64,000 nucleotides of DNA, from contig CAOTKV010000006.1 in assembly GCA_948530865.1 (NCBI GenBank), positions 13,238-77,237 of the forward strand, given 5' to 3'. The DNA is from an uncultured Clostridia bacterium (GTDB lineage Bacteria; Bacillota; Clostridia; TANB77; CAG-508). Shown here piece after piece: positions 18,746 to 27,828 of the stretch (the first letter of the stretch is position 1; every line of letters starts with the position of its first letter). Under the pieces are notes generated by a model. That model ran no database searches, had not been told where the DNA came from, and saw only the letters and a list, made by a program, of their open reading frames with translations. The position numbers were made by a program, and so were the translations under genes.

Positions 18746-21505
18746 CTATTTATAAATTATTCTTATTTCTTTTATTGATTTCTTTAATTTAAGTGATGTT
18801 GCTTCAAAATTATTTTCATAAAAAGAGGAAGTCTCTGCATTTTGAAGATAAAAAAATAAGTTACTTATATTAAATTTTCCACTTTGTGCTGTATTTGGAT
18901 CTACTTTTATTTTCCAAGTATAATTATTTAGTGTTCTTGTTGGCACTGAATACGTTGTATCATAAAGAGTACCACCTATTGGACTATTAGCTGGATATTC
19001 TATTAAGAAAGTTAAAACATTTTCATTTTCAAATTTAGTATTTACAGCTCCTAAAACCACTTCAATTTCTTTTATTTTTTTTATATCTAAAATAGATGTT
19101 TGAGTTGATGGTATTTCAGTTCCATTTATGTATATAATTTCATAACCTTCTGAATTTTTTACAGCATTCATTTTATAAATGTCATTTCTTTCTTTTGCAA
19201 CACCTATATAAAAAGCTTTTCTTAAATTATGGAATTTATCAAAATCACTTTTAGGTTTTTTTACTTCAGGTGGTTTTGCATCAGGATTTTCCCAATATTG
19301 AAAAATGTCTAATCCCCTATAATTACAATCATTTATGCAATCATAACATGCTAAATTTTTATGATCATATTTATATGGTAAAACAGCTGAAGTTGTTGAC
19401 AATTTGTCATATTTTACTTCTTTTGAAGTAAATGAAATATATTGATTATCACTTTCATAATCTTTTATTTTTGAACAATTAAATGCATGATATTCTGAAG
19501 TTTCATTATTAAATTCTTCTTTTTTCGCATAATATATATTATCAACAGTTGTCATTATTTCATTATTTGAACTTGACACAACAGCATAATTATTATATGT
19601 TTTTAACTTACAATTTAAACCTTGCATAAATGCAACAATTGAAATATTATTTAATATTTGATCCCATTCAGTTTCACTCATTATTGGCATTGCATAATCA
19701 GTATTTTTATCAAATTTATAATTTTCTGCTTCATCTACATAATAAATATGTCTATTATATGCAGACATTGCTTGATTCAAATTGTATTGAATAGATGCTC
19801 TTATTACCTTTAACTTATGATTATAAAATGAAGAGTCTTTTTTTATTTCTGTTGTTCCATATATATTATCACCTTCTGAAAAATCAAAAACGCCACTTTC
19901 ATCTTTCCACATATTTAAATAACTATATTCTTCACTTCCAGACATAGTTTCTGTATATGTTGAATATCCTACTCCTGATATATCTTGTATACTATTTATT
20001 TTTAAATCACTTAAATTATCTTTAACCCAATTTGAAAAAATTGCAGCTTTCGCATAATAAACTGCTGCTGAATTTAATTGCATATTATATTTTAGCTCAT
20101 TTATCTTATCTCTAATAAGCTCTAAATTTTGGGCAATTTTACTTTGTAAAGTTTCAGTTTCTCCTATTGAAAAATCAATTCCTTCACCAGAAAATGTACT
20201 ATCAATTAAATTATACCCATCAATAATATTTCTATTAGTTTCATCTTCATTAGCACCTTCAAATAAGTTACTATTTAATTTTTTATTAAATTCTTCTAAA
20301 GCAAATTGCATATTTTCATATCTAACTAATTTTGCATTTGCTGAATCTCTGTTTTGATTTGTAGAATCTATTATTACTTTATTAGTATCATTTATTTCTA
20401 TTATAGTTTCCCAGTCATCGGGTTTTTCTAAGTTTTTTAAAACATCTACTCTCACAAATCTTCCTGACTCTATCAATTGTTGAATCTCATTTTGATTATA
20501 ATTTAATGCTTGTTTTTCATCTCCACTTCCTGTTTTTTCATCTAAAAATATCCTTACACAAACTCCATTTGAAGTAAAAGGAATTAAGTATCCAGATTTT
20601 GTATAATAAATTTTTTTATTACCTTCATATGTAAATGTTCCATCTATTGTAATATAATTATCTAATGTATATATTACATTAATATCTGCATCAAATTGCA
20701 AATCAGAACTATCCTTCAATCCTGACTGAATATATCTTGCAGAATATGGAATATATGATTTTAAAACATTTTGAGTTCTATATTTAGCATCTGTTGGTTT
20801 TGGATTTATAGATGATGCAGGATTTGTTGAAGTTGTACAATTAGAATATTTAGTCATACCATTTTCAGTAGTTGTTTTAGTATTTGGAGTTTTATATAAT
20901 AATTGACCATAATCAACATTATTATGAGTATCATCAACTGTTTTGGTATACTTTTTATCAAAATCTTCCTTTTGCTCTTTATCAGAACGTACAGCTTCAT
21001 TTTTTGAAATTTTATCTACCCAACCTTGATATTCTTTGTTTGTTGTTGGATCATAAAAATTATAATTTCCATCTGTTCCTTTTTCAACGCCTAAATCACC
21101 AACAGATACAGCATTCCCTTTAGAATCTGTAATTACTGTTGGTGCATAAGTTGGTGCATAAATATAATAACCATCATATAATGTATACAAAATTGATGGT
21201 ATATTGGGTTCCAAATATGATTTACTTGCATTAGACATTCCTAAATTTGTTGCTAATGTGTTCATAAAAATATTATTAGATGCTTCTATAATTGTACGCA
21301 ATGAATCTGAAACACTGGACAAATCTTCATTTGCAGTGTTTAATTCAAAAGCAGACATTGCATCATATGTAGCATCTAATAATTTAGAATCATACATATT
21401 TTGTAAAGTTATTGTATCAATTTGCAAACTAATATAATACGCTATAACTAAAATTATAGGTAAACATACTAGTGCAAATATTATACTCATTCCTTGTAAT
21501 TTCAT
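18746..21505 (-). CDS. Very large TadG/TadE-like pseudopilin-type protein (919 aa)
   Basis: The N-terminus MKLQGMSIIFALVCLPIILVIAYYI resembles the TadE/G N-terminal motif (G-x-x-x-x-E/F-A-L-x-x-P). The rest shows no family I recognise. It is the last gene of the Tad-like operon. Confidence 0.55.
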   Translation of the reverse strand: MKLQGMSIIFALVCLPIILVIAYYISLQIDTITLQNMYDSKLLDATYDAMSAFELNTANEDLSSVSDSLRTIIEASNNIFMNTLATNLGMSNASKSYLEPNIPSILYTLYDGYYIYAPTYAPTVITDSKGNAVSVGDLGVEKGTDGNYNFYDPTTNKEYQGWVDKISKNEAVRSDKEQKEDFDKKYTKTVDDTHNNVDYGQLLYKTPNTKTTTENGMTKYSNCTTSTNPASSINPKPTDAKYRTQNVLKSYIPYSARYIQSGLKDSSDLQFDADINVIYTLDNYITIDGTFTYEGNKKIYYTKSGYLIPFTSNGVCVRIFLDEKTGSGDEKQALNYNQNEIQQLIESGRFVRVDVLKNLEKPDDWETIIEINDTNKVIIDSTNQNRDSANAKLVRYENMQFALEEFNKKLNSNLFEGANEDETNRNIIDGYNLIDSTFSGEGIDFSIGETETLQSKIAQNLELIRDKINELKYNMQLNSAAVYYAKAAIFSNWVKDNLSDLKINSIQDISGVGYSTYTETMSGSEEYSYLNMWKDESGVFDFSEGDNIYGTTEIKKDSSFYNHKLKVIRASIQYNLNQAMSAYNRHIYYVDEAENYKFDKNTDYAMPIMSETEWDQILNNISIVAFMQGLNCKLKTYNNYAVVSSSNNEIMTTVDNIYYAKKEEFNNETSEYHAFNCSKIKDYESDNQYISFTSKEVKYDKLSTTSAVLPYKYDHKNLACYDCINDCNYRGLDIFQYWENPDAKPPEVKKPKSDFDKFHNLRKAFYIGVAKERNDIYKMNAVKNSEGYEIIYINGTEIPSTQTSILDIKKIKEIEVVLGAVNTKFENENVLTFLIEYPANSPIGGTLYDTTYSVPTRTLNNYTWKIKVDPNTAQSGKFNISNLFFYLQNAETSSFYENNFEATSLKLKKSIKEIRIIYK

Positions 21506-21522
21506 CTACATCATCCTTTATA

Positions 21523-22047
21523 TTATTTTGAACCATTTGCAGTACAAACACCAGAATGTTGAGCTGCAATAGAATATGTATCTCCAGTAGATATTGAATA
21601 AAATACTCCTCTTATTGTTTGAGATAATGTTTTATTTGTATTTTTTATACTACAAGAGAATATATCTCCTTCTTTCATATTATATATTCCAGACTCATTT
21701 AAAACTTCTACAATTTGTGATGTATATACTGAATAATATACATTTTCTCCAATTACAGTTCCTTGTGTCCATGCAGATTTCTTACCGATATTTTCATCTA
21801 AAATTTTAACTTCCATTTCAATATCATAAGAATTTCCAGTAGCATAAATTGTATCAATTAATTTAGAATAATTATCCATTGTTATTTTTCCTATGGATCT
21901 AGAATTATCTACAAATTCAGCCGTAGCTGTTTGAACTGATAATTGTGATATATCATCACTTCTTTCTGAAACTGATAATAATGGGAAAACAAACATCATA
22001 ATTGCTGCAAGTAATATTGCAATAACTGTAACTAATGTATCACTCAT
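21523..22047 (-). CDS. TadE-like pseudopilin-type membrane protein
   Basis: 174 aa with the hydrophobic N-terminus MSDTLVTVIAILLAAIMMFVFPLL and a strong AAAGGAGG SD. Confidence 0.5.
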   Translation of the reverse strand: MSDTLVTVIAILLAAIMMFVFPLLSVSERSDDISQLSVQTATAEFVDNSRSIGKITMDNYSKLIDTIYATGNSYDIEMEVKILDENIGKKSAWTQGTVIGENVYYSVYTSQIVEVLNESGIYNMKEGDIFSCSIKNTNKTLSQTIRGVFYSISTGDTYSIAAQHSGVCTANGSK

Positions 22048-22093
22048 AATATCCTCCTTTAATTTTAACTAACACTTTTTTATTCTGTTACTA

Positions 22094-22915
22094 TTACTTT
22101 TTTCTAATTTTATCTATTTGTTCTTTCATCTCATCATCAACTTTAACTAATGTATAAGTTACTACAATTTTATCTTTTGGTATTGTACCTGTAACCAAAA
22201 CGTCTTCATCTTCTGTTGTCATTGTTTCTCCTGTATATGAATAACTAATAAAATTTTCTTTAAATTGGTATGCTGAATTTTCTTTAGTTGCATTTAACAT
22301 TTTATGAAATGGATGTTGTGTATAATCTACTAATCTATTATTTATATACCCTGCATCTCCATTTATAAAAAAGTCTACTCTAAGTTTCATATCATCTGTG
22401 CTACCTATCCATGGTGCTCCAAACATATATAACAATGTTCTTTGTGAATTCATATTACTTGAATCTTTGTTATCATAAATAGTTTTTAAAGAATAAGCAT
22501 CGAAATTTTTTAACTCTGTTGGATGTTCACCTATTTTTATTTTACTATCCCTTGCTGCATTTTCAACTCTTCCTTCTAAATTAACATCAAGTATTTGAAC
22601 AAGAACTGGATTATCTTCTGAAGAACCTAATCCAATTTTCTCATCACCTGTTGCATCATAAATTTTAACACAAAAATGTTCTTTATAATATCTATATAAA
22701 GTTGGAATAACAGTTTCTGAATTCACATATCTTTCAATACCTTCTTTTCCAACTACTTCAACATTATCATAGTAATTGGTTCTATCTGAGGCATATATTA
22801 AGATTTCTGAAGTTGATGAAAGCTTTGAAAACATATACATTGTAAAAGACATTGCAATAACAAATACAAATAATCCAAAAGCAATCATTAAAGCTTGAGA
22901 TGCATTTTCGTCCAT
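22094..22915 (-). CDS. Pilin-like protein, member of the 'M-[DE]-(E)-N-A-S-[KQ]-A-L' N-terminal family
   Basis: N-terminus MDENASQALMIAFGLFVFVIAMSFTMYMF, followed by a 240-aa soluble domain. Confidence 0.55.
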   Translation of the reverse strand: MDENASQALMIAFGLFVFVIAMSFTMYMFSKLSSTSEILIYASDRTNYYDNVEVVGKEGIERYVNSETVIPTLYRYYKEHFCVKIYDATGDEKIGLGSSEDNPVLVQILDVNLEGRVENAARDSKIKIGEHPTELKNFDAYSLKTIYDNKDSSNMNSQRTLLYMFGAPWIGSTDDMKLRVDFFINGDAGYINNRLVDYTQHPFHKMLNATKENSAYQFKENFISYSYTGETMTTEDEDVLVTGTIPKDKIVVTYTLVKVDDEMKEQIDKIRKK

Positions 22916-22945
22916 ACCTTATTCCTTTCTTTATAATATATTACA

Positions 22946-22990
22946 TAAAAGTGGTATGTATATTTATATAATAAACATACCACTTAAAAA
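22946..22990 (-). terminator. Hairpin terminator/attenuator after the candidate major pilin gene
   Basis: AAGTGGTATGT (22949-22959) pairs with ACATACCACTT (22975-22985), followed by a T-run on the minus strand. Confidence 0.6.
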
Positions 22991-23006
22991 TTAAATTTGT
23001 ATTTTA

Positions 23007-23510
23007 TTAGGTTGTAGATCCTCCACCTGCTGGAGCTTTATCTTTATCATAATATACATTTATCTGATCAACAACACCTGCTGTACCAGTATTAACTTCT
23101 ACAAAATATGTATGCTTATTTTCTATACCATTTCTTATAGCATTTAAACTATCACAATATGCTTGTGTATCATTTTCTTTTTCTGGCTGTTTAGCTGATG
23201 CTGGACTTTGATTTTTAGAACTAACCCAATCTATTACATCAAAATTAACAATTTTAGCTTGTTCTTCAGCATATGTAGAAGCATTTGTTAATAAATCTCC
23301 AATTAAAGCTTTTACTTGTGAACCTGTTTGATTTCCTTGATATCCTGTAAATGTACTATTAAAGGCTCCTTTTTCTGAGCTTGACATTTGTGTTAATGAA
23401 CTATTAATTGTGCTTTGTGCACTAGAATAAACATACATACCAATTGCTATAATTAGTATTGATAATAAAATAGCACCTGCTATGATAAGTGCCTTAGAAG
23501 CATTCTCCAT
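23007..23510 (-). CDS. Candidate major pilin of the Tad-like locus
   Basis: 167 aa with the N-terminus MENASKALIIAGAILLSILIIAIGMYVY and the strongest SD in the cluster (AAGGAGGAAAAGTT-ATG). It is the only pilin gene followed by its own hairpin. Confidence 0.55.
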   Translation of the reverse strand: MENASKALIIAGAILLSILIIAIGMYVYSSAQSTINSSLTQMSSSEKGAFNSTFTGYQGNQTGSQVKALIGDLLTNASTYAEEQAKIVNFDVIDWVSSKNQSPASAKQPEKENDTQAYCDSLNAIRNGIENKHTYFVEVNTGTAGVVDQINVYYDKDKAPAGGGSTT

Positions 23511-23589
23511 AACTTTTCCTCCTTATTTTTCCTTAATTTGTATTTTATTTTAATAACTATCAGTTTTTCTAATAGTAACATTAAAAACT

Positions 23590-24022
23590 TTAGTATTCTT
23601 TTGCTTCAAAAGTCATTGATGAAATTTTACCATTTTTATGATATTTAACATCTATACATTTAAAGCTAACTTCTCCGAAGTATTCAGTAAAAGAATTAAT
23701 TCCTAAATTATTAATTCTTTCCATTCTATATGTAGTATTATTTATAATCATTTTAACGTATATTTCTATACAATCTTCATTATCTAAATTATATAGTCCA
23801 TTTTCATCTTTTTCAACAAATTTTTTTTCATTATGACTTGTTGCTCGATTTATTAAACTTGTAATATCTAGTCCGTTCAAATTATCTTTATTATATTCTT
23901 CATAATTCAAATTAAATTTAGTAATTTCAAGTTTTTGTTTTTGCAGATTTTTATATTGCATTCCAGCAATTATACCGTGCAACAACTAATATTATAATTA
24001 AAATAACAAAGCTCTTTTTCAT
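23590..24022 (-). CDS. Small membrane-anchored protein in the pilin cluster, interrupted by a +1 frame break at CGG (143 aa if the C is skipped)
   Basis: ATG 24022 (AGGA SD) gives MKKSFVILIIILVVA, then CGG (23975-23977), then a stop 8 codons later. The +1 frame continues GIIAGMQYKNLQKQ... to 23590 (track ORF 23590..23985). The junction lies inside one continuous TM helix. Confidence 0.6.
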
Positions 24023-24076
24023 AAATATCCTACACTTTTATTATATCATATTTTTAAATTTTAGACAACTAATACA

Positions 24077-24766
24077 TTATTTAACATTTAATTCCCAATT
24101 TTTAGTATTTCCTACTGCTTTAAACTTCATATAGTCAATTCTACCTGTTGACTCTTTATAATTTATATCACTACGTTCAAATATATATTTATATACTGTT
24201 GTATTATTCCTTATAGCATCATTTCCTTTTGCATCTTTATAATAAGTCTTTCCTAATAAACTAGTAGATAATTTATCTAATTTATTATAATAGCCTGCAT
24301 TTGATATTTTATCCACTCCTAAATCTTCTAAAGACTTTTCAACTAAATCATATATTGAAAAAGATTCTCCATCAATATTTCCATCTGCTGTTCCGTTAAA
24401 AATTTTATTTCTTCCAAAATTCCTTTCTTCCTCCTTAAATTTAGGTGGCTCTATATTAGGAATAACATAAAATTTATTACCTATTTCAATAACTATCTTA
24501 ATAGCCATTGTCTCATCATAATTAGCATCTTTATTAACACTATATGCTCTATTAGCAACAGTAATCATATCCAATATTGTATTATCATCTTTATCATATA
24601 CTTCAAAATACGAATTAAATAAATTTAATTGTCTTATATTTTGTGCTGCATCATAAGTTTCATCTAAACTTGCACCTGCTCTAAAAACATATACAAATAC
24701 AGAGAAAAGCATTACTCCAAGTAGTATTGATGCAGCCATAATTAAAGCTTTTGATGCATTATCCAT
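24077..24766 (-). CDS. Pilin-like protein (MDNASKAL family)
   Basis: N-terminus MDNASKALIMAASILLGVMLFSVFVYVF, with a GGGAG SD. Confidence 0.55.
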   Translation of the reverse strand: MDNASKALIMAASILLGVMLFSVFVYVFRAGASLDETYDAAQNIRQLNLFNSYFEVYDKDDNTILDMITVANRAYSVNKDANYDETMAIKIVIEIGNKFYVIPNIEPPKFKEEERNFGRNKIFNGTADGNIDGESFSIYDLVEKSLEDLGVDKISNAGYYNKLDKLSTSLLGKTYYKDAKGNDAIRNNTTVYKYIFERSDINYKESTGRIDYMKFKAVGNTKNWELNVK

Positions 24767-24783
24767 ATATTACTCCCAATATT

Positions 24784-25701
24784 TTATATTTCTGAAAATC
24801 CTATTTCACTTACTCTTCCTGTTTTATCATTATAAGTTATAAAATCACATTTAAACTGTCTAGATTTTAAATCATATAAAGCTGTTTTCCAAACCATTCT
24901 ACTCCATACATCTAAATTTTTTCCAGTAGTGTTAGTAACAACTCTTGTTAAATTTCCAATATCAGACTTATTTGATAACATAATTAAACTTTCTAGATTT
25001 TTATCATGCTTTTTATCTATATCTCTTAAAGTATAATACCCTTTAATTTCTGTTCCATTAAAATCAAGATGAGAATATTCTCCTTTATCCTTTATTATAG
25101 GAGATTTTATATCACCTATTGGTTTTTCAATTTTAACATCTGTAATTTTATCTAACTGAATTTCTGTTTCACCACTAAAAGTTGTATAGGCATTTTCTAA
25201 TGAATCATTATTTTTAAAAAAACCAACACTTTTCATTGTTAAATTTATTCCATCAATTGATAGTGGAATTTCAGGTTTTATTATAGACATACTATTTTTA
25301 TCTACATGAGAAAATAACTGTCTTTGTACTCCTTTATCAATATAATAAACTTCAACAGATTCTTCTAGATATTCTTTTTTGGTTAATCTTACATATACAT
25401 CTACATAAAAATCTTTTCCATATTCATTTCCTGTTAAAAAACCTCCACCTTCTGCATATTTTTCATTATTACTTTGTGCTTTATTTAAACAAGAAATAAC
25501 ATCAACACCATACATTCCTTTTTTATCATATATTTCATATTCTAAATTAAATTTTGCAAGTTGTTCTCTAGATTCTGTTTCATCTTCTTGTGAAGGCAAA
25601 AGCCCAATTGAAGAAAAGAAATATGAAATTAGTGAAAGTAAAACAACACCAATTAAAATTCCACCAACTATATGTACTAATTTTGCAATGTTAGCTTCCA
25701 T
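24784..25701 (-). CDS. Pilin-like protein (divergent N-terminus MEANIAKLVHIVGGILIGVVLL)
   Basis: 305 aa with an N-terminal hydrophobic helix after a short polar leader. It is the first gene after the platform gene. Confidence 0.5.
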   Translation of the reverse strand: MEANIAKLVHIVGGILIGVVLLSLISYFFSSIGLLPSQEDETESREQLAKFNLEYEIYDKKGMYGVDVISCLNKAQSNNEKYAEGGGFLTGNEYGKDFYVDVYVRLTKKEYLEESVEVYYIDKGVQRQLFSHVDKNSMSIIKPEIPLSIDGINLTMKSVGFFKNNDSLENAYTTFSGETEIQLDKITDVKIEKPIGDIKSPIIKDKGEYSHLDFNGTEIKGYYTLRDIDKKHDKNLESLIMLSNKSDIGNLTRVVTNTTGKNLDVWSRMVWKTALYDLKSRQFKCDFITYNDKTGRVSEIGFSEI

Positions 25702-25713
25702 AATTTCTTTCTC

Positions 25714-27795
25714 CTATATCATTGTTTGCATTTGATCAAATGATGTTGTCATACTTGTCATACCAATTACACAAAGTGGAATAATTAAATATACGACAAA
25801 TAGAACAACCATTGGTCCAAACCCAAAAACTTTTCCTATCATAGATTTTCTCGAAATTGTTCTTTCATTTGATTCTTTTCTTTTTTCTTGATGATATGCT
25901 CTTTCAGAATCTAATTCATCAAATGCTTCTCTTATTGGAATTTGTTCAACAGCTGCCTGAAGACTTTCAACAATTCTTATTAATTGTTGGAATGAAATTT
26001 CATTTTTTAATTCTTCAAGAGCTTCCCAAGCACCAGCTTCATAGTTATTTACACACTTAGAAATTGGTTCTTTAAAGATATTTGCATACCTTTCAAGCCA
26101 TTCCAAAATCATTTCAACATTAACTCTTTCGATTTTCATAAGCATTAAAATAATTGTTTGGAACTGCATTACTTCATTTTCCATATCCATTTGTCTCATA
26201 ATTTTTTGGAAAATTAAAAGCCAAATTGGAGATTGATATCCAATAACCATTATTCCTAATGAAATAAGCACTTCAAACCATTTTACATATTCAGATTGTA
26301 CTATTTGAAGTTTTTCCCAAACTCTATCTGTAATAAATTTTAATTGATCTTCTGAATTTTGACCATTTCCATATTCATCAGATTCTGCGATTTCTTCTGC
26401 TAAGATTTCATATGTAACATCATAATCATATTGATATTTTTCCAAAAATACATTATCCATTTCAGTAACTTGCATTGCTTTACGTTCTTGAGTCTCTGTC
26501 ATTGACCCCATTAAGTTATAATCAGCAGTTGGTTCTGTAAATTGATAATTTATAGCTGTTTTATGAGCTGCAAACAATATTATAATTGCACCCGTAAAGC
26601 AACATGCAGCTGCTGTTAAACGATTTATATATAACCATTCTATTTTTAATTTTGATGCAGAATCTTTTAATAATTTTATAGTTTTATTATAATCTTTTGT
26701 ACCTTTTTTTGGTATAAATAAATCAACAAATTTCTTTATAAGTTTTTTATCATATAATTTCTTTTGCCATGGATTTTCCATATTTTTTGTAGTGTTTACA
26801 CTACCATTATCTTTTAATTTTCTAACAAGTACATAACAAACAAAAGTTGCTATAACAATTCCAATTTGGCAAAAGAATCCAAGTGATCCATTATAAAATT
26901 GTCTTGTAAATGAGAACTGGCTAATGCACCATCCTTTTACAGCATCAATAAATAATATTGGTAGTGCTGCAATCATAGATAAACTCTGGAACACATAATC
27001 TAGTTTATCCCTTTTTAAAATTTCAAGTTGCATCTCTTGTGTAATATTATTTAAGTTTTTTAAATAAAGTGATGCACCATCTTTATCTTTTCTATCACCA
27101 AACTCTCTAGTTAAATATGATATTCCAGCAAATTCTTTTAAGTAACTATTTGGAGCAATATCATAATATTTTTCAAGTTCTGTTTCTGGATCATCTGAAA
27201 TTAATATTTCATAAATCTTTTCTGATTGTCTAGACACTTCTTTTTCATCATCTTGAGAAACTTCATATATAGCTTCTTCAACCATGTTATATTCATGGTA
27301 AGCATGTCTTACTTCAGCAAAATAATCTAATTGTTCTTTTAATAACTTATTATCAACACTATCAACCATACCTTCTATAATAGATTCTATAAAAAATATT
27401 TCAAATAATAATAATGAACTCATTATTAAAAAGTTTGATTTAGTTGCCATTATTACAATAACTGTTAAAGGAATAACTATAAGTATTGCCTTTAACATAA
27501 TTTGAGCAACTTGTTTTCTAGTAAGATATTCATCTTCAAGATTTATAATTTCAAGTCTTCTTCTTAATTTTAATGTATATCTTCTTAAAAAAGGGATTTT
27601 CGCACAATTAATATAGAATTTTTGATAAAAAATTTCCATACTAAAAGAAGATTTTTTAGTACCTTGAACAAGTGATGCAACATATTTAGTTGTTTTATTT
27701 TGCATTTTTTTCATAAGAATATAATAAATTATTGCAACTATTGCAAATAATCCAAATACTCCCATTATAAAGTACTTCATCATCTCTGGAGTCAT
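25714..27795 (-). CDS. Polytopic inner-membrane platform protein, TadB/TadC (GspF-family)-like, apparently fused/duplicated
   Basis: 693 aa with several TM segments separated by helical cytoplasmic domains. It lies immediately downstream of the secretion ATPase, as in tadA-tadB-tadC. The family call rests on position and topology only. Confidence 0.5.
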   Translation of the reverse strand: MTPEMMKYFIMGVFGLFAIVAIIYYILMKKMQNKTTKYVASLVQGTKKSSFSMEIFYQKFYINCAKIPFLRRYTLKLRRRLEIINLEDEYLTRKQVAQIMLKAILIVIPLTVIVIMATKSNFLIMSSLLLFEIFFIESIIEGMVDSVDNKLLKEQLDYFAEVRHAYHEYNMVEEAIYEVSQDDEKEVSRQSEKIYEILISDDPETELEKYYDIAPNSYLKEFAGISYLTREFGDRKDKDGASLYLKNLNNITQEMQLEILKRDKLDYVFQSLSMIAALPILFIDAVKGWCISQFSFTRQFYNGSLGFFCQIGIVIATFVCYVLVRKLKDNGSVNTTKNMENPWQKKLYDKKLIKKFVDLFIPKKGTKDYNKTIKLLKDSASKLKIEWLYINRLTAAACCFTGAIIILFAAHKTAINYQFTEPTADYNLMGSMTETQERKAMQVTEMDNVFLEKYQYDYDVTYEILAEEIAESDEYGNGQNSEDQLKFITDRVWEKLQIVQSEYVKWFEVLISLGIMVIGYQSPIWLLIFQKIMRQMDMENEVMQFQTIILMLMKIERVNVEMILEWLERYANIFKEPISKCVNNYEAGAWEALEELKNEISFQQLIRIVESLQAAVEQIPIREAFDELDSERAYHQEKRKESNERTISRKSMIGKVFGFGPMVVLFVVYLIIPLCVIGMTSMTTSFDQMQTMI

Positions 27796-27828
27796 CTATT
27801 TTTCCCACCTTTCTTGCTAGAATAAAAA

